A DNA stretch of 64,000 bases. Source: Deferribacterales bacterium. GTDB taxonomy: Bacteria > Chrysiogenota > Deferribacteres > Deferribacterales > Geovibrionaceae. Of the stretch, positions 37,687 through 45,569 are shown one piece after another. Position 1 is the first letter of the stretch; every line of letters begins with the position of its first letter. A program made the translations under genes and the position numbers. The DNA is taken from positions 96,001 through 160,000 of the forward strand of contig JBFWMA010000005.1 of assembly GCA_050251875.1 (NCBI GenBank), read 5' to 3'. The notes beneath the pieces are model-generated. The model did no database searches, was not told the DNA's origin, and worked only from the letters and a program-made list of their open reading frames with translations.

Positions 37687-38958
37687 ATGCTGGATATCAA
37701 GTACATTATAGCTAATCTGGACGAAGTGAAGGCGAAAACGGCAAAAAGAGGCGCCGAGTTCGACTTCGACACTCTGGCAAAGCTGGACGCCGAAAGAAAA
37801 AAACTTCAGGCGCTGAATGACGAGCTGAAAAACGAAAAAAATAAAATAAGCAAAGAGATAGGAAAGATAAAACAGGCGGGCGGCGACATCTCCGAAGTTC
37901 AGGAGAAGATGCGCAAAGACGGTGAAGAGATAGACGCCAATGATAAAACCATGGCGGACATACTCGAGAAGATGAACGAGATGCTCTATACCCTGCCCAA
38001 CCTTGTGAAGGACGAAATCCCCGTGGGCAAGGACGAGACAGAGAATGTTCTGCTCAGAACATGGGGCGAGCCCAGAAAATTTTCCTTCGAGCCTAAGGCT
38101 CACTGGGACATAGCCGAAGGGCTTAAGATGCTCGATTTCGAGCGTGGAACAAAGATAGCGAAATCAAGATTTACCGCATATACAGGCATGGGAGCCAAGC
38201 TGGAGAGGGCTCTCATCAACTTCATGCTGGATACGCACGCCAAAAGGGGCTACACGGAAGTTCTGGCGCCCTATCTGGTGAACGCTCAGGCGATGACAGG
38301 CACAGGTCAGCTTCCGAAATTTGAGGAAGAACTCTTCAAATGTGAGCGTGACGGTCTGTATCTGATTCCCACAGCGGAAGTTTCCGTTACAAACCTCTAC
38401 AGCGGAGAGATGCTCTCCGAAGCGGATCTTCCCATCCGCCACTGTTCATATTCCGCCTGTTTCCGCAGAGAAGCGGGTTCACACGGAAAAGACGTGCGCG
38501 GGCTCATCCGCCAGCACCAGTTCAACAAGGTTGAGTTGGTTAAAATAACAGCTCCCGAGGATTCCGAAAACGAGCTTATGGAGCTGCTGGATTCAGCGGA
38601 AAATATCCTCCGCCTGCTCGGTCTGCCCTACAGAGTGATGACACTCTGCTCCGGCGATGTGGGATTCTCATCAGCGAAAACATTCGACATCGAAGTGTGG
38701 CTGCCTTCAGCCGACACATACAGAGAGATATCCTCCTGCTCCACATTCGAGGACTTTCAGGCGAGAAGGGCATCCATCCGCTTCCGCAGAAAGGACGGAA
38801 AAAAGGTCGAGTTCGCTCACACTCTGAACGGATCAGGTCTTGCCGTGGGCAGAACGTTTCTGGCAGTGCTCGAAAACTATCAGAACGAGGACGGCACGGT
38901 CACAGTGCCGGAGGTTCTTCGTCCTTATCTCGGCGGCATAGAGAAGATAACATTATGA
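37687..38958 (+). CDS. serS: Serine--tRNA ligase
   Basis: MLDIK, GTGQLPKF, LIPTAEV, FRREAG, RQHQF.KVE, EISSCS, TLNGSGLAVGR. Confidence 0.97.
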   Translation: MLDIKYIIANLDEVKAKTAKRGAEFDFDTLAKLDAERKKLQALNDELKNEKNKISKEIGKIKQAGGDISEVQEKMRKDGEEIDANDKTMADILEKMNEMLYTLPNLVKDEIPVGKDETENVLLRTWGEPRKFSFEPKAHWDIAEGLKMLDFERGTKIAKSRFTAYTGMGAKLERALINFMLDTHAKRGYTEVLAPYLVNAQAMTGTGQLPKFEEELFKCERDGLYLIPTAEVSVTNLYSGEMLSEADLPIRHCSYSACFRREAGSHGKDVRGLIRQHQFNKVELVKITAPEDSENELMELLDSAENILRLLGLPYRVMTLCSGDVGFSSAKTFDIEVWLPSADTYREISSCSTFEDFQARRASIRFRRKDGKKVEFAHTLNGSGLAVGRTFLAVLENYQNEDGTVTVPEVLRPYLGGIEKITL

Positions 38959-39632
38959 GCCAGAAAACATTATATGTTGCCGGCACCAGCATAAACGGAG
39001 AGTATTCAGGCTCGCCTGCTTATCTTTTCGAGGTTGTCGAAAAATGCTCCCTTATTATAGGGGAGGATAAGAGAAATCTGGGCAGGATGCTTGCCGCTTC
39101 CGGTTTTCGTGACAAGGAGCAGATGCTTCTGAACGAACACTCGCTGGACAGGGACAAGGAATTTCTGCTGGATATATGCAAAGATCACGAAAATATCCTG
39201 ATTATGAGCGACTCAGGCACTCCCTGTGTTGCCGATCCCGGATATGATTTTGTCAACATGGCATGGGAAGCCGGATTCAATGTGATATCCGTTCCCGGAC
39301 CTTCATCTATAATAGCGGCGCTTTCTGTCTCCGGATATTTTGCCGAACGTTTCTATTTCGCCGGATTTCCCCCGAAAGAGAATGTTCAGCGCAAAAAATT
39401 TATGGACAGGGTGATGAACAACAAAGACACAGTCATCATCTTCGAAAGACCCTATCACGCTAACCAGCTCATCGAAGAGGTCTGTTTTATCGACCGCCCA
39501 ATGAGCATGTCTTTTAATCTGGGCATGCCGGATGAAAAGACCTACAGAGGCACGGCGAAAGAGATTTCACAGGCTATTCCCGATAAGATCAAAAAACCTT
39601 TCGTCTTAGTCATTAAAGGTAGTCATTCTTAG
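38955..39632 (+). CDS. rsmI: RsmI-like SAM-dependent (tetrapyrrole methylase family) methyltransferase
   Basis: SDSGTPCVADPG, VPGPSS...ALS.SG, F.F.GF.P; start re-placed at ATG 38955, overlapping the serS stop. Confidence 0.75.
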   Translation: MSQKTLYVAGTSINGEYSGSPAYLFEVVEKCSLIIGEDKRNLGRMLAASGFRDKEQMLLNEHSLDRDKEFLLDICKDHENILIMSDSGTPCVADPGYDFVNMAWEAGFNVISVPGPSSIIAALSVSGYFAERFYFAGFPPKENVQRKKFMDRVMNNKDTVIIFERPYHANQLIEEVCFIDRPMSMSFNLGMPDEKTYRGTAKEISQAIPDKIKKPFVLVIKGSHS

Positions 39633-39652
39633 TACGTGTTTCACGGAGCATA

Positions 39653-39697
39653 TGAGCACAGATTTTAGCTGACGTGAGCACACATAGAGTGAGCACA
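39653..39697 (+). repeat. Three direct TGAGCACA repeats at the islet boundary
   Basis: TGAGCACA at 39653, 39675 and 39690, plus a partial GGAGCATA at 39645. Confidence 0.7.
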
Positions 39698-39915
39698 GCA
39701 TGACTTATTTTGATGCAATTTCTGTTACACTTATCGCATTTATTTTTGTGTTATGTTTTAGTAAAACTGTTCGATACGATAATATGAATTACCATTGTGG
39801 AAAATTTTTCCGGTTGATATTGGCAGGGGACATGCTATATTTTAAATTAATCACTCAGATTAATTGTGTTAGCAATAACAAAAGCATAATACTAATAATA
39901 AAGGTTTAACAACAC

Positions 39916-40494
39916 ATGCTAACTTATATGAAAATAATACAGATTATCAACTATTTTACGAGATTATCTGGTAATAAAATTAACAAGCTAAAGCTAATAA
40001 AACTCATTTATTTCACTGATAAATATCATTTGCGCAAATATGGTAGAACAGCAACCAATGATGAGTACTGGGCGATGAAACGTGGTCCTGTGCAAAGTGT
40101 TACAAAAGATCTAATTGATGGAACAGATTTTCTTTCACCAAAAGAGTTAGAATACCGTAAATCCTATATTATGAAAGAAGGTAATACTATCGCATCACTT
40201 TGTGATGTTAATGAAGATTATCTTTCGGACTCAGAAATAAGCGCTATGGATTTTATATGGGAGCAATACGGCAAGTTAACCCATGGGCAACTTATAGACA
40301 AATCACATGAAAATATTGAATGGAAGAAATATGAAGATAGATTAAATGCTGGCAGTGCAAGAGAAAAGATGAATATTATAGATTTCTTTTCAGACTCTAA
40401 TGATGAATTGTCAAAAAGTACTGCTAATGGTTTAGATGAAAGTAAGGCTATTTTTGAAGAAAACGAAGCAATCAAGAGTTTGCTTAGAATATGA
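39916..40494 (+). CDS. Panacea (DUF4065/SocA-like) antitoxin
   Basis: KLKLIKLIYFTD..HL..YG......Y.AM..GPV and L...SH...W motifs; AT-rich coding sequence. Confidence 0.85.
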   Translation: MLTYMKIIQIINYFTRLSGNKINKLKLIKLIYFTDKYHLRKYGRTATNDEYWAMKRGPVQSVTKDLIDGTDFLSPKELEYRKSYIMKEGNTIASLCDVNEDYLSDSEISAMDFIWEQYGKLTHGQLIDKSHENIEWKKYEDRLNAGSAREKMNIIDFFSDSNDELSKSTANGLDESKAIFEENEAIKSLLRI

Positions 40495-40919
40495 TTTTTC
40501 CAAAAGATAAATTTATCGAAAGACTAAAATTTGGACATGTGGTAAGGTTTTCTCATCCTAAATTTCCAGAAAAAGAGCATTTCTTTGTTATCGTAGACAA
40601 TTCTCCAAATAAGATTCCGCCAATGATTAGCCTAATCAGTTCAAAAAGTTGCAGTAATAAAAGATCATATGTGGTAGTCGAAGAACATGAATATGATTTT
40701 TTTACAATGCAGTCCTTTATTGATTGTGATCAGGTATATGATGTAACACCAGATGGATTGTATGAGTTATATAAGGAATCTCGGCTTTCCATACAAGGGA
40801 CATTACTTCAGCCCACTTTGGAAAAAATTAAGGATACTTGTTGGAAGAGCGTGGGTCTTGAAAAGTCATATAAAAAGCGTATTGTGAATGCTTACAATAA
40901 AGTATTTAATATTAATTAA
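40491..40919 (+). CDS. Putative toxin of a Panacea TA pair (PemK/MazF-like pattern)
   Basis: ATGA overlap with the Panacea gene; G.VV...K..FFVIV...ISS...SFIDC...G.L....EKI layout. Confidence 0.55.
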   Translation: MIFPKDKFIERLKFGHVVRFSHPKFPEKEHFFVIVDNSPNKIPPMISLISSKSCSNKRSYVVVEEHEYDFFTMQSFIDCDQVYDVTPDGLYELYKESRLSIQGTLLQPTLEKIKDTCWKSVGLEKSYKKRIVNAYNKVFNIN

Positions 40920-40987
40920 TATATAATGCGGCTAATGTGATTATTGGTAATTATCTATTAATTATTGAACTTAATCGTCATTAACTT

Positions 40988-43390
40988 CTAGCCAATTAAT
41001 GACAGAGCTAATTGCGGCTGCGAGTTAGCCTGTCCTATCATGGACACTGCCGCCTGACTTAGTATCTGGTTCATGGTGAACTGAGTCATTTCTTTTGCCA
41101 TATCCAGATTCTGTATCCTGCCCAGTGAGCTCGTCAGGTTTTCGCTGGCTGTGCCCAGTCCGGCTATGGTATATTCCAGACGGCTGATCTGCGCCCCTAC
41201 GTCCGCTCTTATGCTGGATACTCTGCTGAGCGCTTTGTCTATTATGGTGATAGAGTTCTGCGCCCGCTCCTGATCCACCAGAAAAACTTCGTCCAGCCCC
41301 AGCCCGTCAGAATCTGTCTGACCGATGCTGATATCGGCGGTCTGCCCCTCGTATGCGCCTATCTGCAAGATAGTCGAGTTGTCCACCAGATGGAGAAAAA
41401 CTTCCTCGTCTCCGCCGGAGCTGAACCGCATCTCTTTCTGTGTATCGTCCCATGATATGTCCAGACCTATGGAGCTGTCTATCTCCACGTCAATTCCGGC
41501 TATCACGTCTTTCAGTTTATAATCGTTTACCGTGTCCGACCCCACCAGACTTCCTGTGTGGGCATCATATACGTCTATGCTCAGGGCGCTGTTAGAGCCC
41601 TCCTGAAGGGTAGCCAGCGACAGAGCGTTTATCAGCTCCTCGTCACCTGCGAAGGTGAGCATGCCGTCCAGCCCCAGCTTTGCCGTCTGTATTATAAATG
41701 TGCCTTCCAGAGCCTCATTGGTGTATTCCGTGGCTGACCCGACAAAATTAACGAGGTTGTTGTTCACATCAGAGACGTTTTCGCTGGTGCCTGTGTCCAC
41801 ACCCATAGCCAGCCCGTCAACTATGGCGTTCTGGAGCTTCTGCTCGAAATCGGAAATGGTGTCGTCCCCCTCCAGATAGATGGTGGCGGATCTGCCGTTG
41901 CCGTATATTGTCAGCGACTGGGTCTGGTCGAACAGGTTTCTGCCGTCATCTGTAACGAAGCGGGATATATCCTTCAGCTTGGTGGATGTGGTCGCCGCCT
42001 CTCCGGCTCCGTTCACGTCCAGATGGAACGAACCCGTGGTCGTCAGACCGTTGTTGTCCGTATAGTTATTTGTAGCCTCTTTAAAATTGAGCGACATCGA
42101 TCCTATGTTCAGACTTCCGGTCTCCTCGTCCATGGTGGAGTAATAGACCGTCACGCCGTTGAAATCGATATCTGTGTCGCCGTCATCTTTCAGCGTCAGT
42201 GTGTTTGTTCCCGTGAAATATATTGTCGGTCCCGCCTGTCCGGACGCCCCGCCGGATATCCGTACGGTTCCTCCGCCGGACGATGATATGTCCGCCGCCG
42301 CTGAATAGTCTTCGTTAACGGTGAGCAGAACCTTGTCGCCGTTCTGTATCCTGCCTCCGGTACCCAGAACAACGTCAAAGGTCAGATCCAGTGTTCCTCC
42401 CTCCGCTTCCATTCCGGACGCCGACACCAGAGCTGTATCGCCTGTGAGGGTTACCGTGGCTGTCTGCCAGTTTCCCACATGACCCGATTTAGCGTCAATA
42501 TATCTGAAAGACGCCCCCTGAACAGTGGTGGTGGCGGATGTCACCTCGCTGGAAAACTGCACCTCCACATACCCGGATGAAGTTACATCCGGTGTTGAGA
42601 ATGTCACCGAGGATGCGGAGGTGTCCAGAGAGAACATAGAGCCTTTCTGGAGATATGAAGCCGTAACGGACGCTGACGCCGCCGAAACAGCGGAATCGCC
42701 CCCTATGGTTACTGTATAATAACTGGTGCCTGTGGATTCTATGGTTTTCAGATCGGATACCGACACGACATTGGTGGAGTTCTCCGTGCCTCCCGCTGTG
42801 GTGATCTGCCCGCCCAGAGAGTCCTCTGACAGGGTCATCACATCGGTTTTATAGACATAGTTGTCCCCTGCTTCCACGGATATATTCATCCTGTAGTTGC
42901 CTTCCGCTACTTTGCCTTTGATATTGACGTTTATGTCCGTGCTGGCGGAAGACCAGAGGGCGGATGAGTTTCCGTTGAGCAGTTTTCGGGTGTTGAATTC
43001 GGTGGATTCAGCGATATGGTCTATTTCATCATTGAGCTGGTCGATCTCTTTCTGGATCTCTTCTCTGTCTGTGGATGTGTAGATTCCGTTGGAAGCCTGC
43101 ACAGCCAGCTCACGCATTCTCTGCGCCAGAGACTGTATGGATTCAAGCCCGCCTTCCGCTGTCTGGAGGAGAGATATACCGTCCTGAGCGTTCATGGACG
43201 CCCGGTTGATACCCCTTATCTGAGATTTCAGTTTTTCGGATATTGCCATGCCGGATGCGTCATCCGCGGCGCTGTTTATTCGCAAACCGGAGGATAACTT
43301 GCTTATATTCTTGGTTATTTTTGCGCTGGCGCTGGCAGCGTAATTTTGGGCGATAATCGACGATATATTTGTCGACACACTGATTGCCAT
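40988..43390 (-). CDS. fliC: Flagellin, large (800 aa) with an extended central domain
   Basis: N-terminal LSSGLRINSAADDASG, NAQDGISLLQTAEG, QRMRELAVQ; C-terminal RA..GA...RLE, D.A.EM..F...QIL.QA...QAN. Confidence 0.95.
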   Translation of the reverse strand: MAISVSTNISSIIAQNYAASASAKITKNISKLSSGLRINSAADDASGMAISEKLKSQIRGINRASMNAQDGISLLQTAEGGLESIQSLAQRMRELAVQASNGIYTSTDREEIQKEIDQLNDEIDHIAESTEFNTRKLLNGNSSALWSSASTDINVNIKGKVAEGNYRMNISVEAGDNYVYKTDVMTLSEDSLGGQITTAGGTENSTNVVSVSDLKTIESTGTSYYTVTIGGDSAVSAASASVTASYLQKGSMFSLDTSASSVTFSTPDVTSSGYVEVQFSSEVTSATTTVQGASFRYIDAKSGHVGNWQTATVTLTGDTALVSASGMEAEGGTLDLTFDVVLGTGGRIQNGDKVLLTVNEDYSAAADISSSGGGTVRISGGASGQAGPTIYFTGTNTLTLKDDGDTDIDFNGVTVYYSTMDEETGSLNIGSMSLNFKEATNNYTDNNGLTTTGSFHLDVNGAGEAATTSTKLKDISRFVTDDGRNLFDQTQSLTIYGNGRSATIYLEGDDTISDFEQKLQNAIVDGLAMGVDTGTSENVSDVNNNLVNFVGSATEYTNEALEGTFIIQTAKLGLDGMLTFAGDEELINALSLATLQEGSNSALSIDVYDAHTGSLVGSDTVNDYKLKDVIAGIDVEIDSSIGLDISWDDTQKEMRFSSGGDEEVFLHLVDNSTILQIGAYEGQTADISIGQTDSDGLGLDEVFLVDQERAQNSITIIDKALSRVSSIRADVGAQISRLEYTIAGLGTASENLTSSLGRIQNLDMAKEMTQFTMNQILSQAAVSMIGQANSQPQLALSLIG

Positions 43391-43399
43391 TTCATTACC

Positions 43400-43485
43400 T
43401 CCGTGTAACTACTGACCGACTTCCGTGTCGGCAGACTATACGGCAAAACTGTATTGTCAAAAAAAAAGACCGATGCTTCTTCCAT
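43400..43485 (-). promoter_or_regulatory. Three CsrA-type ANGGA sites in the flagellin 5' leader
   Basis: ATGGA in a hairpin loop (43485-43481), ACGGA in the loop of the GCCGAC/GTCGGT stem (43426-43422), ACGGA overlapping the SD (43404-43400). Confidence 0.7.
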
Positions 43486-43500
43486 TGAAGTCATCGGTCT
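43459..43500 (-). terminator. Intrinsic terminator-like hairpin inside the flagellin leader
   Basis: AGACCGATG-a-CTTC-aatggaa-GAAG-CATCGGTCT followed by a T-run. Confidence 0.7.
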
Positions 43501-43535
43501 GAATGTTTCAGTACCTTATTCTTAAGTTATAAACA

Positions 43536-43563
43536 TTATCGGTTGTGATGAGGTAAAACTTGA
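43536..43563 (-). promoter_or_regulatory. Sigma-28 (FliA) promoter for flagellin
   Basis: Minus strand TCAAG-N15-ACCGATAA, close to the TAAA-N15-GCCGATAA consensus. Confidence 0.75.
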
Positions 43564-43599
43564 TAGGAAAAAGAGGATATGATGTGAATTTTTTGAAAT

Positions 43600-43624
43600 A
43601 AAAAAGCGGCTTATTCAGCCGCCT
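43600..43624 (-). terminator. Terminator after the DUF134 gene
   Basis: GCGGCT/AGCCGC stem with T6 on the minus strand. Confidence 0.7.
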
Positions 43625-43629
43625 TAAAA

Positions 43630-44013
43630 TTATTCTGCTCCCACTGTTGATGGGCAGTTATGTCTGCGTCTTTCCATGCGGCTGTCTGGCAGTCCCTCTT
43701 TGCACATGTGGCACCCGCGCTCCTGAAAGTGGACATTGCCGCCGGCAATGCACAGCTCTGTTCCTTCTATGAGGAAAGTAGCGATCTTAACTCTCGCTTT
43801 TTCCACCAGACGGGAAAAAGTGGGGCGTGAAATATTCATCAGAACAGATGCGTCCTCGTGGGAAAGTCCTTCGTAGTCGGCAAGTCTTACCGCTTCGTAT
43901 TCATCCAGTGTCAGGTTTACCGCTTTCAGTTTTTTGGCGGGAATTCCTCTGGGTTTGAAGTTGCATATCTCAGGCTGTACGCCTATGATCCTTGGTTTCG
44001 ATGGTCTGGGCAT
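43630..44013 (-). CDS. DUF134 (UPF0251) DNA-binding protein
   Basis: MPRP.K.R, FKP.GIP, EYEAVRLADYEG, M.ISRPTF; C-terminal CHMC. Confidence 0.9.
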   Translation of the reverse strand: MPRPSKPRIIGVQPEICNFKPRGIPAKKLKAVNLTLDEYEAVRLADYEGLSHEDASVLMNISRPTFSRLVEKARVKIATFLIEGTELCIAGGNVHFQERGCHMCKEGLPDSRMERRRHNCPSTVGAE

Positions 44014-44156
44014 TATCTCCTCCGAACTTAATAAAAATGTTTATGCCTTGAAAATAAAATACAATGGTTAGTATTTATGCACATAAGTTAGCAGTTACTT
44101 TAAAAAATTGCCAGAGGAAAATGACTAAAATAGTCTACATTCATATATCCGCTTAT

Positions 44157-44780
44157 TCATATAATTTCATTGAAATCAATGGTTTGGATGCGGTATGATC
44201 TGGGGCGGACAACAGCTTTGGGATTTTTGTATCCCACTGCTATGAGCATAACAGGTTCATATTTTTCATTAATAGCGAATTTCTTCGTGAGATCAGCCTC
44301 CACGAATCCGCCCATGGGGTGGGATTCCAGCCCGTATGCCTGCGCCGCGTACATTATATTCATAGCGAACAGAGTTGTGCTGATTATCGCTTTCTTTGTT
44401 CTCACCGCAGACCCTTTCTCTCCGTGTCCGTTTTTTGCCATGTTGATATATCCGGCTTTGGTCTCGTCAGTGAGAAGCCCCAGACTCACCTGTCCGTCAG
44501 CTATCCCGTCCAGATTGTCTTCGATAAATTCCTTATCAGCCAGAACGATATATACGCATGAAGCCTCTGTCACCTTCGGCTGGTTGAACGAAACGGATTT
44601 CAAAAGCTCCTTCTTCTCAGGGCTCAGAACAGTGATAACTTTCCATGGCTGAAGATTCATGGAAGAGGGGGCTAGCGCCGCCAGAGTAAGGATATTTTCC
44701 GCTGTTTCTTTAGATATGCTTTTGTCAGGGTCGAAAAAATTGATGGAGCGTCTGTGTTCGATCGCTTCTTTGATGTTCAT
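44157..44780 (-). CDS. Nitroreductase family protein
   Basis: RRSI..F, APSSMNLQPW, G..SHPMGGF, IAVG. Confidence 0.92.
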   Translation of the reverse strand: MNIKEAIEHRRSINFFDPDKSISKETAENILTLAALAPSSMNLQPWKVITVLSPEKKELLKSVSFNQPKVTEASCVYIVLADKEFIEDNLDGIADGQVSLGLLTDETKAGYINMAKNGHGEKGSAVRTKKAIISTTLFAMNIMYAAQAYGLESHPMGGFVEADLTKKFAINEKYEPVMLIAVGYKNPKAVVRPRSYRIQTIDFNEII

Positions 44781-44847
44781 GGTTTCCTCCCGAAATTAAT
44801 ACTCACAGTATTAAAGTTAATTCCGGGAGGTATTTTTTCAAGGCGGG

Positions 44848-45438
44848 TTATTCCGCTGGCATCCCTTTAAATCCCTTAAGCACCACATACATCTCGAAAG
44901 AATTTTTTCTGGTGGCTTCCGGGCGGATATGCTTGCAGAACTCAAAATGCTTTTTCATCTCTTTCACCAGCGCGTCTCTGTCTTCTCCCTCGAAAATTTT
45001 GCAGGCGAAGTTGCCGCCGGGTTTCAGCACAGTCATGGCGAATTTGAAGATTATGCGCACCAGATCCACGGAGTTTACATGGTCCAGCAGTTTAGAACCG
45101 GATGTGTTCGGGGCGGCGTCAGATATCACGGCATCGTATCCGCCGCATACCTCCAGCACCCTGTCCACAGTCTCCTGTGTGGTGATGTCTCCCTGAATGA
45201 AGGTGAATCTGGGGTCGTGAAGTTCGGTCTCCAGCAGGTCAACGCCCACGACACGGGTTTTTGACATCTGTAGAACCACCTGACTCCAGCCGCCGGGAGC
45301 GCATCCCACGTCCAGCACGTTCTGGGTGTTTCTGTATATCTCATATTTTTTGTTAAGTTCTATCAGCTTATAGGCGGCACGGGATTTATATCCCTCCAGC
45401 TTCGCCTTTCTGTAAAACGCGTCCTGTCTGTTGTACAT
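44848..45438 (-). CDS. rlmE: 23S rRNA Um2552 methyltransferase RlmE (FtsJ)
   Basis: SRAAYKL, DVGCAPGGWSQ, SDAAPN.SG, P.ATR..S.E.Y. Confidence 0.95.
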   Translation of the reverse strand: MYNRQDAFYRKAKLEGYKSRAAYKLIELNKKYEIYRNTQNVLDVGCAPGGWSQVVLQMSKTRVVGVDLLETELHDPRFTFIQGDITTQETVDRVLEVCGGYDAVISDAAPNTSGSKLLDHVNSVDLVRIIFKFAMTVLKPGGNFACKIFEGEDRDALVKEMKKHFEFCKHIRPEATRKNSFEMYVVLKGFKGMPAE

Positions 45439-45476
45439 CCTTATCCCTCTTTAATTCCACAAATTAGATTATTAAG

Positions 45477-45560
45477 CCTCCCTTTCTGAAGGGAGGTTTG
45501 GAGGGATTTCTTAATATAATCCAAGAAATCCGCCCCGACCCTCCTTTACCAAAGGAGGGG
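45477..45560. repeat. REP-like element made of two inverted CCTCCCTTT..AAGGGAGG..GGATTTCTT units
   Basis: Unit 45477-45512 and inverted unit 45523-45560; third copy at 47858-47895. Confidence 0.75.
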
Positions 45561-45569
45561 ACAGGTATG

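Noticed and set aside
36997..38103. Long antisense ORFs (368 aa here; also 15001-15942, 20446-21402, 16311-17081, 62059-62802)
   Set aside because: They lie opposite well-conserved genes, lack recognisable motifs and are explained by codon bias on the coding strand.
39640..39700. TGAGCACA repeats as a mini-CRISPR array
   Set aside because: Repeats are 8 bp with irregular 7-14 bp spacing, and there are no cas genes in the window.
39700..39909. 69-aa ORF upstream of the Panacea gene, considered as a third TA component
   Set aside because: No SD, low-complexity AT-rich translation and no motif; more likely the promoter region of the TA pair.
40925..40952. AATGCGGCTAA-TGTGA-TTATTGGTAAT resembling a dif/Xer site at the islet's right end
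   Set aside because: Only about 7/11 matches per arm and a 5-bp rather than 6-bp spacer; compatible with chance in AT-rich DNA.
43435..43460. TTGACA...TATAGT sigma-70-like promoter downstream of the flagellin leader hairpin
   Set aside because: The spacer is only 14 bp, so it was not called; TSS mapping should still test it because it bears on the attenuator hypothesis.
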